Assembly: GCA_024682375.1 (NCBI GenBank) | Contig: JAIKZI010000007.1 | Coordinates: forward strand, 6,815 to 70,814 | Direction: 5' to 3' | Length of the DNA stretch: 64,000 nt | DNA from: Lachnospiraceae bacterium | GTDB taxonomy: Bacteria; Bacillota; Clostridia; Lachnospirales; Lachnospiraceae | Part shown: positions 39,446-49,204 of the stretch, one piece after another | How the letters are laid out: every line of letters starts with the position of its first letter | Position numbering within the stretch: the stretch's first letter is position 1 | Program-made: the position numbers and the translations under genes | Notes under the pieces: model-generated | Database searches by the model: none | The model's input: only the letters and a program-made list of their open reading frames with translations | What the model was told of the DNA's origin: nothing

Positions 39446-40162
39446 TTAGTTCTTCTTCGTATATGCTTTAAAGATTTTCTTTGATACAGGCTTATTATAT
39501 ATTAATCTAGTAACAATAATATATACTACCAAAGAAACAACAACTAACAAATAACCTACTCCAACAGCCTGTAGAAAACTCATATCACCGACTTTTATCA
39601 TAATGTCAGTTAAAAACTGAATCTTATATAATCCAATCATAGCAAAGTAAAAGAATAAATATCCCGCGATAAAAAGAATGACTGAAATTATATAATATTT
39701 AAATACAAGAGCTGTATATAGATTTAGAATAATACAAATAATTCCAAGTTCTACTACTCCAAGCTTTGCTATTGAAGTATATTCAGGATTCACATGAATC
39801 ATCCATACTCTAAGTAAAACTACAACTGTATATGAAACCATCATAAAACAAGTATATAAAGCTACCGGAACATCGTAAAATAATTTCTTTGCCATTCCAG
39901 ATGAGCTAACCATACCTGAAAGTGATAATCCTAAATACATTTGTGCAAAATACATAGGCATAATAGCTATAAACAGTCCGCCCAATGGAAAAGACATATT
40001 AGATGTCATAATTGAATCTCCATAAAAGGCTTGTGGAGCTATAATATTCTGGAAAATTTCGAATCCAAATCCAAATAAAGTAAACAAACCAGCAGTGATT
40101 ATCATCATCTTAAATCTCTGCGAAAACTTCAAAAGCGAAACTATTCTTTTAAAATCACTCAT
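39446..40162 (-). CDS. Putative ABC transporter permease
   Basis: About 6 TM segments, in an operon with the ABC ATPase. Confidence 0.6.
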   Translation of the reverse strand: MSDFKRIVSLLKFSQRFKMMIITAGLFTLFGFGFEIFQNIIAPQAFYGDSIMTSNMSFPLGGLFIAIMPMYFAQMYLGLSLSGMVSSSGMAKKLFYDVPVALYTCFMMVSYTVVVLLRVWMIHVNPEYTSIAKLGVVELGIICIILNLYTALVFKYYIISVILFIAGYLFFYFAMIGLYKIQFLTDIMIKVGDMSFLQAVGVGYLLVVVSLVVYIIVTRLIYNKPVSKKIFKAYTKKN

Positions 40163-40829
40163 CGAAGTAACTCCTCTCTAGTTTCTTATGTATATCAAAA
40201 AAGTAAAAAACTATTATTACACAAGATAAAACAATTGCTAAAACATCTACCCAACCTGGCAACATAAAGCTTACGATTATATAACCTGCATATACATATA
40301 ATAGAAGTAGGGAACTCATGACTGAAATCATAAAAGTTCCACCCATTCTAGATAGATAAAGTCCTAAACATAAAAATCCAAGTAATGTAATAAAAATAGT
40401 TACGTATCTACAAATATCCAGGTTCAATCCATCAAACAAACCAAAATACATTACTAAAAAGATAGATCCGTTTACCAAAAGCTTTCTTAATGCATCAATT
40501 ATTACAGCTGATTCAAAGAAGCCTCTTCCTTTTGATGATGAATTCAGATACACCATTCCACCAATCTTCTTTCTTTCAACAGACTTCATAAAGAAGATGT
40601 CTGAAAGTGGTTCTATAAATACACTCAAAACTGCTGGAAGTAAGATAGCAAATACAATCATTCCTGTAGCAAAATCATCCTGTGGTAATCCAACATTCCT
40701 AAGAATGTCAAGATTATCTTTCATGACAAAAGCTCCGCCAATCTGACAGCCCGGAATCAAAAGCCACATCACTAATCTATATAGAGGTGATGTAAAAATC
40801 GAATACTCACGAAAGATATTTTTTTTCAT
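40155..40829 (-). CDS. Putative ABC transporter permease
   Basis: About 6 TM segments, overlaps the next gene, follows the ABC ATPase. Confidence 0.6.
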   Translation of the reverse strand: MKKNIFREYSIFTSPLYRLVMWLLIPGCQIGGAFVMKDNLDILRNVGLPQDDFATGMIVFAILLPAVLSVFIEPLSDIFFMKSVERKKIGGMVYLNSSSKGRGFFESAVIIDALRKLLVNGSIFLVMYFGLFDGLNLDICRYVTIFITLLGFLCLGLYLSRMGGTFMISVMSSLLLLYVYAGYIIVSFMLPGWVDVLAIVLSCVIIVFYFFDIHKKLERSYFDE

Positions 40830-40839
40830 AATATCCTCC

Positions 40840-41805
40840 TTAGATTCTTACCTTTGAACGCTGCTTCATAAGTGATACAGAAATCTCTGTAAGAGTAGGA
40901 ACTTCGCATACAGCACCCATAGCTTCACATTTATCTCTATTCTCAGAAAGAACCAATCCTTCAATACCCATGCTGCTTTCATGAGAACCAATCATAAGTG
41001 GTTTTAGCTCAGAGATCACCTTCTCATCACCCTTTACCATTATGTACTTTTCTTTCAAATCTTCTGTAAATCCCTGTTCTATAACGCCACCCTTATGCAT
41101 GATGATTGCGTAGTCAGTGATTTTTTCCATGTCTGCGATATTATGAGTTGAGAAGAATACGCTTCTCTTTCCAGGCTTACTCTCGATGTATGACTGAATC
41201 ATATCGCATAGTGTATCTCTCATAAGAGGATCGAGAGGTGATGCAGGCTCATCCAAAATAAGAATATCTGTATCACGTGCAAGAACTGTCGCAAGCTCAA
41301 GCTTCATCTTATTACCATCGGAAAGTTCGGAGACTTTTTTCCATTTCTTTCCAATCTTATCAACAGGGATGTCTAGATCAGAAACGATTCTGTCGTACTT
41401 TTCTTCATCGAAGTTGGAAAAAAGAAGTTTCGATGCGTCTTTCACCTGCTTTACTGTCCACTCTGGTAAGAAGAAGTCATTAGGAGATGTGAATCCGATT
41501 CTTTCTCTAAGTTTTTCTGTAGTCTTCAAGAATGGATCGATATTTCCACGATTTTTCTTATCCTGTCCAATTCCCTTAAAGGCTTCTTCGTCTTCAAAGA
41601 AGTTTACTGTTCCTTTGTAATCAAGTCTTGTACCAGAAATAATATTTAAAAATGTTGATTTTCCGGCTCCATTTTCTCCGATAAGCGCTGTTGCGAGACC
41701 CTCTGGAATGCAAAGCTCATTGATATTCAATTCAAAGCTGTTGTATTTCTTAACAACATTTGATACATGAATTGCATTCTTAAATTCACAATTTTTCATA
41801 TCCAT
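40840..41805 (-). CDS. ABC transporter ATP-binding protein (YtrB-like)
   Basis: GENGAGKST, LSDG signature variant, ILDEP, STH. Confidence 0.92.
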   Translation of the reverse strand: MDMKNCEFKNAIHVSNVVKKYNSFELNINELCIPEGLATALIGENGAGKSTFLNIISGTRLDYKGTVNFFEDEEAFKGIGQDKKNRGNIDPFLKTTEKLRERIGFTSPNDFFLPEWTVKQVKDASKLLFSNFDEEKYDRIVSDLDIPVDKIGKKWKKVSELSDGNKMKLELATVLARDTDILILDEPASPLDPLMRDTLCDMIQSYIESKPGKRSVFFSTHNIADMEKITDYAIIMHKGGVIEQGFTEDLKEKYIMVKGDEKVISELKPLMIGSHESSMGIEGLVLSENRDKCEAMGAVCEVPTLTEISVSLMKQRSKVRI

Positions 41806-41840
41806 AATTATTTTCCTTTCCCCGTGAACCTATAGCTTAT

Positions 41841-42215
41841 TTATAGTTCATCGATATCAAGTAGACTTTCTAGTGTCTGAACTAATTCTTCTCTAGTCAT
41901 CTTAGCAACTTTCGCAGCCTGTATAGCTTCTGAAAGTGCTTCCTCAACTTTTCTAAGATGCTGTTCTCTCATCATCTCAGCATCCTGTGCGTTTACATAA
42001 AATCCTTTACCTTGAACAGCTTGTATGATTCCTTCTTCTTCAAGAACTTCATAGGCTTTCATCGTTGTAATAACACTAATTTTCAAGTCTTTCGCCAGAG
42101 ATCTAATCGAAGGAAGATAAGTACCCTGCTCTATCTCACCCTTCAAAATTCTATCTCTAAAATCATTTGCAATCTGCTGATAAATGGGAACGCCACTATT
42201 TTTTAATATTATCAT
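41841..42215 (-). CDS. GntR family regulator (YtrA subfamily)
   Basis: PIYQQI, LPSIRSLA..LKISVIT..KAY, QGKGFYV; 124 aa. Confidence 0.93.
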   Translation of the reverse strand: MIILKNSGVPIYQQIANDFRDRILKGEIEQGTYLPSIRSLAKDLKISVITTMKAYEVLEEEGIIQAVQGKGFYVNAQDAEMMREQHLRKVEEALSEAIQAAKVAKMTREELVQTLESLLDIDEL

Positions 42216-42266
42216 TCTCTCACCTATCCTACATTCTATAGAAACCCTATTTTTAGAGCTTCGACT

Positions 42267-42321
42267 GTTATATATAACTGTTTATGTGTTATATATACAC
42301 TATATACTGGTGCTTTGTCAA
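42267..42321 (-). promoter_or_regulatory. Promoter and candidate GntR/YtrA operator
   Basis: TTGACA at 42321-42316, TATATA-like -10, perfect palindrome GTTATATATAAC at 42267-42278 and a near copy at 42286-42300. Confidence 0.55.
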
Positions 42322-42330
42322 TGTTTTATT

Positions 42331-42371
42331 AAAAAAAAAGATTACGTCGGTAATAAACCAACGTAATCTTT
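42331..42371 (-). terminator. Terminator after putP
   Basis: AAAGATTACGT...ACGTAATCTTT with a T run on the minus strand. Confidence 0.75.
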
Positions 42372-42378
42372 AAAAAAA

Positions 42379-43902
42379 TCACTTCACACTATCATACATC
42401 TCCACCACACTATCTTCTGGCTTAGGTGTTAGAAGTGAAACCACTACTTCCACTAAAAGCGCAAAAATAAATGCAGGAAGAAGCTCATAGATATCAAAAT
42501 ATCCACCTAGTGGACGTACGAAGAATTTCCACACAAATACGAAAACGCCACCTGAAATAAGTCCTGCCATAGCACCATATTTATTAGATCTTCTCCAGAA
42601 AAGAGCAAGAATCATAACCGGTCCAAAGACAGCGCCCAAACCAGCCCATGCAAATGAAACAATTGCAAAAACAGAGCTATCAGGATTCCATGCAATGATT
42701 ACTCCAATAATTGCAATCAACAAAATTGTAAGTCTTGAAATAACCATAAGCTTCTTTTCAGACAGCTTACTATGAAAGAATTCTACCAAGATATCACTTG
42801 AAATAGATGATGAAGCAGCTAGTAGCTGTGAGTCAGACGTAGACATTGTCGATGCAAGAATACCTGACAAAACAACACCTGCAATAATCGCTGCAAAAAT
42901 TCCATATTTAGATAAAATCTTTGAAAGTTCAATAATAATTGTTTCAGAAGCAGAACCCTCTAAGAAAGGAAGCTTTCCTTTATGAGTAATTCCAAGTCCT
43001 ATAATACCAATCAATACTGAAACAAACATTGAAATCAAAGCCCAAACAGAAGCAATCCTTCTAGAAAGCTTGAGTTTAGAATCATCTTCAATCGCCATAA
43101 AACGAAGAAGAATGTGCGGCATACCGAAGTATCCAAGTCCCCACGCAAGTGTAGAAATTATAGACACTGCAGAAAACGCTACAGACTTATGTGTCTCTGG
43201 ATCATAACTCTGTGTTATAGAAAAATATCCAGGCAATTCTTTAGCATACGAATCCACATCCATAAATCCACCAGCTAGCTGAATACCAAACACCAAAATA
43301 ATAATCAGTGCTATCGACATTACAATGCTCTGAACCAAATCAGTAGTTGATGCAGCGAGGAATCCTCCCAAAGTTGTATATAGAAGAATTACAATCGCAC
43401 TCACAATCATAGCTACATGATAATCAATTCCAAACAAGCTTTTAAAAAGCTTTCCACAAGCAGCAAAACCTGAAGCTGTGTAAGGAATGAAATAAATTAC
43501 AATCCATATAGCAGATATCATCATAAGGATATTTTTTCCATCGTTATATCTTCTGGAAAAAAAGCTTGGTACAGTAATTGAACCTGTAGCTTCCGAATAT
43601 CTACGTAATCTCTTTGCTGTAATAAGCCAGTTCAAATATGTTCCGAGGACAAGTCCAAGAATTGTCCATCCAACATTTGCAACACCTGATAAATAAGCTA
43701 GTCCGGGGAGTCCCATCAGAAGATAACTACTCATATCTGATGCTTCAGCACTCATCGCTGTAACAAAGGGGCCAAGTTTTCTACCGCCGATGTAAAAATC
43801 GTTGACCGTATTATTCTTCTTTGAAATTACAAAACCTATGTAAACCATTCCAAAGAGATATACGATCATGGTCAGTAGAATCATAATTTCCGAACTGTTC
43901 AT
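42379..43902 (-). CDS. putP: Sodium/proline symporter
   Basis: GGRKLGPFVTAMSAEASDMS, WGLGYFGMPHIL.RFMA, MSTSDSQLL. Confidence 0.93.
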   Translation of the reverse strand: MNSSEIMILLTMIVYLFGMVYIGFVISKKNNTVNDFYIGGRKLGPFVTAMSAEASDMSSYLLMGLPGLAYLSGVANVGWTILGLVLGTYLNWLITAKRLRRYSEATGSITVPSFFSRRYNDGKNILMMISAIWIVIYFIPYTASGFAACGKLFKSLFGIDYHVAMIVSAIVILLYTTLGGFLAASTTDLVQSIVMSIALIIILVFGIQLAGGFMDVDSYAKELPGYFSITQSYDPETHKSVAFSAVSIISTLAWGLGYFGMPHILLRFMAIEDDSKLKLSRRIASVWALISMFVSVLIGIIGLGITHKGKLPFLEGSASETIIIELSKILSKYGIFAAIIAGVVLSGILASTMSTSDSQLLAASSSISSDILVEFFHSKLSEKKLMVISRLTILLIAIIGVIIAWNPDSSVFAIVSFAWAGLGAVFGPVMILALFWRRSNKYGAMAGLISGGVFVFVWKFFVRPLGGYFDIYELLPAFIFALLVEVVVSLLTPKPEDSVVEMYDSVK

Positions 43903-44112
43903 GTTTTTATACCTCTTATTCTATTTTTCTAGGGCTTTTTTCCATATAAGGAAAAAAGATTCCCCACACTGTGAAATCTTGCCTCGAAAATATAAAAGGA
44001 GTATAATTTCACAGTGTTTAGGCATTTTGCCATAGAATGATATATTAACACTAAAACAAAAATCATTCAATTTAATTTGACATGAGAATTTATATACTAA
44101 AAGGAGATTCAA

Positions 44113-45321
44113 ATGGAACAGAAATTCTATCCATTACTTTTCGGTGGTGATATCAATGTATATTCACTTGCTCGCGCATTTCACGAAGAATACAAAATCA
44201 AATCTACAGTTTATGGAAAGTATAAATCTGGCCCAGCCGCTAGAAGCTCCATCATCGACTACCATGCATGTGTCGACAATGAAAAACTAGATACATTCCT
44301 ATCTATAGTAAGAAATTTTGCAGAAGAACATAAAGATGCAAAGGTTCTAGTAATCGGTTGTAGCGATTCTTACGTTCAGCTCATTTCTGAAAACAAAGAT
44401 AATCTTCCAGAGAACTGTATTGCTCCTTACATCGATTCTAAGATGCTAAATAATCTAGTTCAGAAGGAATACTTCTACAATCTTTGTGACAAGTATGATA
44501 TCGATCATCCTGACACATTCATATATAAGAAAGAAATGGGACATGATTTTGAAATCCCATTCAAAGCGCCTTTCATCTGTAAGCCTTCTTGCTCTATCAC
44601 ATATTGGGAGCATCCTTTCGAAGGCAACGACAAAGTCTTCATCGTAAACTCACGTGAAGAACTTCTCGACATCCTAGACAGATGCTACGCTGCAGGCTAT
44701 CCGGATTCTATGATTATTCAGGATATGATTCCTGGTGATGATACTTATATGAGAGTTTTGACTTCATACTCAGACAAAAACGGAAAAGTCAAAATGATGT
44801 GCCTGGGTCATACACTTCTTGAAGAACACACTCCTCATGGAAGTGGTAACCACGCTACTATCCTCACAGAGTACAATAAAGAGCTTTGCCTCAAGGTAAA
44901 AGCCTTCCTCGAAGACATCGGTTATGTAGGATATTCAAACTTCGATATCAAATACGATGAACGTGATAACAAATTCAAGTTCTTTGAAATCAACTGCCGC
45001 CAGGGCCGTTCAAACTATTATGTAACTGGTGCAGGATTCAATGTTGCAAGATACTTTGTAGAAGACTATATTTTTAATAAAGATATGGACTTTACAATTT
45101 GCAAGAACGAATCTCTTTGGAGTGTCGTTCCTCTAAAAGTTGCAAAAGACTATATAGTTTCAAAGTATCACGACAAGATGAATCAGCTTGTGAAAGAGCA
45201 CAAATTCTCTAACTCACTTTGCTATTCAAAAGACCATAGCCTTCTCCAGAAGATCTGGGTAAAACACAACCTGGCTCGTCACAAGAAGAACTATGCTACT
45301 TACTACGAAAAGAAAAACTAA
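44113..45321 (+). CDS. D-aspartate ligase (ATP-grasp, Aslfm/YxbA-like)
   Basis: GGDINVYSLARAFHE, QDMIPGDD, EINCRQGRSNYY; adjacent to a racemase. Confidence 0.85.
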   Translation: MEQKFYPLLFGGDINVYSLARAFHEEYKIKSTVYGKYKSGPAARSSIIDYHACVDNEKLDTFLSIVRNFAEEHKDAKVLVIGCSDSYVQLISENKDNLPENCIAPYIDSKMLNNLVQKEYFYNLCDKYDIDHPDTFIYKKEMGHDFEIPFKAPFICKPSCSITYWEHPFEGNDKVFIVNSREELLDILDRCYAAGYPDSMIIQDMIPGDDTYMRVLTSYSDKNGKVKMMCLGHTLLEEHTPHGSGNHATILTEYNKELCLKVKAFLEDIGYVGYSNFDIKYDERDNKFKFFEINCRQGRSNYYVTGAGFNVARYFVEDYIFNKDMDFTICKNESLWSVVPLKVAKDYIVSKYHDKMNQLVKEHKFSNSLCYSKDHSLLQKIWVKHNLARHKKNYATYYEKKN

Positions 45322-45350
45322 GATTAGTTCTAAAAAAAGAAGAGATTTTT

Positions 45351-46067
45351 ATGAGAGATTTTAAAGGTCAGAAACTAGGAATACTTGGCGGAATGGGACC
45401 ACAGGCCACTCAGGTCTTATACCAGTGGATTTTAGATCGCACAGACGCGAAAAAAGATCAGGAGCACATCCCAACCGTAATTTTAAGCGATACAATCATG
45501 CCAGACCGAACTTCTGCTATCCTATCCGGTAACACAAAAGAAGTTTTCGAAAAGATGCTCGACGATTGTAAAACCCTCGAATCAGTCGGCTGTTCCTGCA
45601 TCGCAATTCCTTGCAATACATCACACTACTTCGCAGATGACATTCAAAAGGAAATAAACATTCCAATCATCCACATGCCTCGCGAAACAGTAAAGCGAAT
45701 CAAGGAAAACAAGTCTCATAAGAAAGTAGCCATCCTTGCAACGGATGGTACCCTAGCAACCGGCATCTACAAAAAAGAATTAGAAAAAGCCGGCCTAATC
45801 CCTTATGAACCGACCGACGAAATCCAAAAAACAGTCATGAGCTTAATCTACGATGAAATCAAGAAAGGGGAAAAAGGTAACCGCCAGACTTTCTCCGTTA
45901 TAGATAAAGCCATCCACGAAGCCGGTTGCGACTGCGCCATCCTCGGCTGCACCGAACTCTCCGTCTACAGAGAGTACCACAACCTTCCAGCGTACTACAT
46001 CGACGCCATGGAAGTCCTCGCCGAAAGCGCAATCAAATTCTTCGGCCTAACACCAATAGAAGTATAA
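45351..46067 (+). CDS. racD: Aspartate racemase
   Basis: GILGGMGP, AIPCNTSH and LGCTELS (two catalytic Cys). Confidence 0.9.
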   Translation: MRDFKGQKLGILGGMGPQATQVLYQWILDRTDAKKDQEHIPTVILSDTIMPDRTSAILSGNTKEVFEKMLDDCKTLESVGCSCIAIPCNTSHYFADDIQKEINIPIIHMPRETVKRIKENKSHKKVAILATDGTLATGIYKKELEKAGLIPYEPTDEIQKTVMSLIYDEIKKGEKGNRQTFSVIDKAIHEAGCDCAILGCTELSVYREYHNLPAYYIDAMEVLAESAIKFFGLTPIEV

Positions 46068-47152
46068 AAAAGCCCAATTCCTTCTGATTCGAAAAAGAAT
46101 CAGAAGGAATTGGGTTTTATTTTGTGCTGCGAGAAATTTACGGATACCACACCTCCCCTAACTTGCTTTCATCCGTATATTTTAAAGCAAGTTGGCTTCT
46201 CCTACGGATACCTCACGACTTAATCACACACTTCATCCGTACCAAACCTTCGCTTTCCGAAAAATATACAGATACCTCCCTATCCCTAACTCGCTTTCAT
46301 CCGTAAGAATTAAAACCACTCGTCTCGTATTCGAGAAAAGAATCCTCGACGTGTGGTTTTAATTTTGTGCTACGAGAAATTCACGGATACCACACCTCAC
46401 CTAACTTGCTTTCATCCGTAAATTTTAAAGCAAGTTGGCTTCTCCTACGGATACCTCACGACTTAATCACTCACTTCATCCGTACCAAACCTTCGCTTTC
46501 CTAAAAATATACGGATACCTCACTATCTTTAACTCGCTTTCATACGTAAGAATTAAAACCACTCGTCTCGTATTCGAAAAAAGAATCCTCGACGTGTGGT
46601 TTTAATTTTGTGCTGCGAGGAATTTACGGATACCACGCCTCCCCTAACTTGCTTTCATCCGTATGAATTAAAACCACTCGTCTCGTATTCGAAAAAAGAA
46701 TCCTCGACGTGTGGTTTTAATTTTGTGCTGCAAGAAATTTACGGATACCACACCTACCCTAACTCGCTTTCATCCGTAAGAATTAAAACCACTCGTCTCG
46801 TATTCGAAAAAAGAATCCTCGACGTGTGGTTTTAATTTTGTGCTGCGAGAAATTTACGGATACCTCACCTCCCCTAACTTGCTTTCATCCGTAAATTTTA
46901 AAGCAAGTTGGCTTCTCCTACGGATACCTCACGACTTAATCACTCACTTCATCCGTACCAAACCTTCGCTTTCCTAAAAATATACGGATACCTCACTATC
47001 TCTAACTCGCTTTCATCCGTATGAATTAAAACCACTCGTCTCGTATTCGAAAAAAGAATCATCGACATGTGGTTTTAATTTTGTACTGCAAGAAATTTAC
47101 GGATACCACACCTACCCTAACTTGCTTTCATCCGTAAATTTTAAAGCAAGTT
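46067..47152. repeat. Mosaic palindromic repeat array 2 (same family as array 1)
   Basis: 12 cassettes (T/C)AC(G/A)GATACC...TTCAT(C/A)CGTA of 39 bp; 5 copies of a CCACTCGTCTCG-TATTCGAn-GAATCCTCGACGTGTGG hairpin; a related hairpin at 46067-46118 follows the racD stop. Confidence 0.95.
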
Positions 47153-47168
47153 AAAACAGACCATTTCC

Positions 47169-47302
47169 ATTTATCCATCCTGCTTGATTACAAAATATCT
47201 ACAAATGCAGGTTTGTCAAGAACTAGCCACGTAGTGGTGCTTCGCATTCTTGACAAACCTGCATTTGTAGAAAAAACAATCAAACAAGCAGGATGGATAA
47301 AT
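47169..47302. repeat. Long hairpin element A (MITE/PATE-like)
   Basis: Perfect 18-bp outer arms (47169-86 / 47285-302) and perfect 25-bp inner arms (47198-222 / 47247-271). Confidence 0.85.
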
Positions 47303-47386
47303 ATAGGATTCCAACAATCTCTTCCTTTTACGTCGCAGCATATAGTTTGCGGGGTTTTAGGTTTAAGGAAAGATTCGATATTAGGC

Positions 47387-47611
47387 AATTAAATATGCAG
47401 TGAGTAGTGGGAATCTTTATTTATGAAGATGTTTAGGGAGAGTTAACTAAACAAAAGCAACTGTCCGTAAAACACCCGAGGACTGTCTGAGCTTCCGAAA
47501 GGAAGCGAGTTCCGCAGGGTGTTTTATAATAAAGACAGTTGCTTTTTAGTTTACTCTCCCTTTACATCGGAATCCTTATAAAGATTCCCACTACTCACTG
47601 CATATTTAATT
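47387..47611. repeat. Long hairpin element B, 225 bp (MITE/PATE-like)
   Basis: Perfect 34-bp terminal inverted repeat, further nested stems, apical GCTTCC-GAAA-GGAAGC. Confidence 0.85.
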
Positions 47612-47633
47612 ATCTAAAAACAATATTTTTTCC

Positions 47634-48980
47634 TTAAACCAAAAACCCCAAAAACAAATTTGATAATCCCAAGAAAATAAAGAACCCCAGCACGTCCGTT
47701 GCTGTTGTTACAAAAATAGATGAGGCTATCGCAGGATCTGCGTGTATCTTCTTTAAAATCACAGGAACCAAGAAACCAAAAAGGCCTGCTACGACCAGGT
47801 TACCGATCATCGCTAAAAGAACGATAAGTCCAAGGAATGGATTGTTATAAACAAGAGCTACGATAATACCTGTGGCGGCTCCGGTTGCTGCACCGTTTAC
47901 AACGCCTAGCATCAGTTCCTTGCCAAAAGCTCGAAGAGAATCCTTTAAGTCGATATCCTCCTGAGAAAGCTCACGAACAAGAATGGACATAGTCTGTGTT
48001 CCGGCGTTTCCGCCCATGCCACTGACGATAGTCATAATAGCGGAAAGAGCTACGACCTGCTCGATCGTAGACTCAAAAAGTTTTACTGTAAAAGATGCTA
48101 AAAAAGCTGTGAGCAAATTCAAGAAAAGCCAAGGAAGACGCATCTTTACGGATTCGAGCAAAGTGCTGTCCATGCTTTCTTCCTTGCTAACGCCGGCCAA
48201 CTGGAGAATATCTTCATCGTACTCTTCTACGATTACATCGATGATATCATCTACAGTTACAATACCGACTATCTGATTGGTTTTTGTCACGACAGGGATT
48301 GCATCCAAATCGTATCTTGAAACCATCCTCGCAACCTCTTCCTGATCCACTTCAGGTTCAACTGAGATCACATGGTCATTCATAACATCTTTTATTTTTA
48401 CTGTACGGGAAGCATTTAAAAGATCTCGTAAATCGCAGACGCCGACAAGCTGTCTCTTATCATTTATTACAAAAATCGTCTCGATAACTTCTGTCTTCGG
48501 ACCGATTTCAATTATCTTCTGGAAGCCTTCATAGACCGACAAATCTTCTTTTATCGCTATATAGGCAGTTGTCATAATACCGCCGGCTGAATCCTCAGGA
48601 TACTGAAGAAGTTCACTGATAATCTTACGATCAGATGCCTTCATCAGATTCACAACAGTCTTCCTACGACCAATTGGAAAATCCCCGAGCATATCTACGA
48701 TATCATCCTTCTGCATATAAGAAAAAGCAACAAGAAGCCTGTCATTATCAAGATTGTGGGCAATCCTGATTCTGTCTCTATCATCCGATTGCTCCATCAG
48801 ACTCGCCAGCTGATTCTCATCTAAAACCTGAAGCAAAGACTTCATCATATCAGGCTCTAAATCAGAAACCTCCTGCGCAAAATCGATAGGCTCCCTCTCC
48901 TCGATATAATTGTCGAGAGCCTCTTTATCCTGATTTTCGATTATCGAAATCAAATCATAAATTGTCTTAAATTCTTCCAT
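47634..48980 (-). CDS. mgtE: Magnesium transporter MgtE
   Basis: YPEDSAGGIMTT, CBS pair, RLPWL, MGGNAGTQT, DPAIASSIFVTTATDV; start may instead be GTG 48989. Confidence 0.95.
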   Translation of the reverse strand: MEEFKTIYDLISIIENQDKEALDNYIEEREPIDFAQEVSDLEPDMMKSLLQVLDENQLASLMEQSDDRDRIRIAHNLDNDRLLVAFSYMQKDDIVDMLGDFPIGRRKTVVNLMKASDRKIISELLQYPEDSAGGIMTTAYIAIKEDLSVYEGFQKIIEIGPKTEVIETIFVINDKRQLVGVCDLRDLLNASRTVKIKDVMNDHVISVEPEVDQEEVARMVSRYDLDAIPVVTKTNQIVGIVTVDDIIDVIVEEYDEDILQLAGVSKEESMDSTLLESVKMRLPWLFLNLLTAFLASFTVKLFESTIEQVVALSAIMTIVSGMGGNAGTQTMSILVRELSQEDIDLKDSLRAFGKELMLGVVNGAATGAATGIIVALVYNNPFLGLIVLLAMIGNLVVAGLFGFLVPVILKKIHADPAIASSIFVTTATDVLGFFIFLGLSNLFLGFLV

Positions 48981-49204
48981 GGCACCCACCCTAAAAATTT
49001 ATAAACCTTATTAATTATAACTTACTTCAAAATGTTTATCGAGTGGAAAAAAGACTCAGAAATGCCTTTCTGATGCCTATTGGAAACAGTTTGTTTCCAC
49101 AACTCAAAAAAATACTTCCAATATAAAAATTTATGTTATAATCGAAAACCTATTTTGTCTTTTAGGGTAACAAAAATGGGAACAACATTAATCAAGGAGG
49201 AAAC

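Noticed and set aside
45780-46067. C-rich composition of plus-strand genes as a sign of horizontal transfer
   Set aside because: All plus-strand genes show the same C/A third-position bias, consistent with lagging-strand mutational skew.
46067-47152. TIGR-type or other guide-RNA array
   Set aside because: No Nop-domain or nuclease gene nearby, no box C/D-like motifs recognised, and internal segments are repeated copies.
48990-49204. M-box (ykoK) riboswitch upstream of mgtE
   Set aside because: No recognisable conserved M-box segments by eye; cmscan would settle it.
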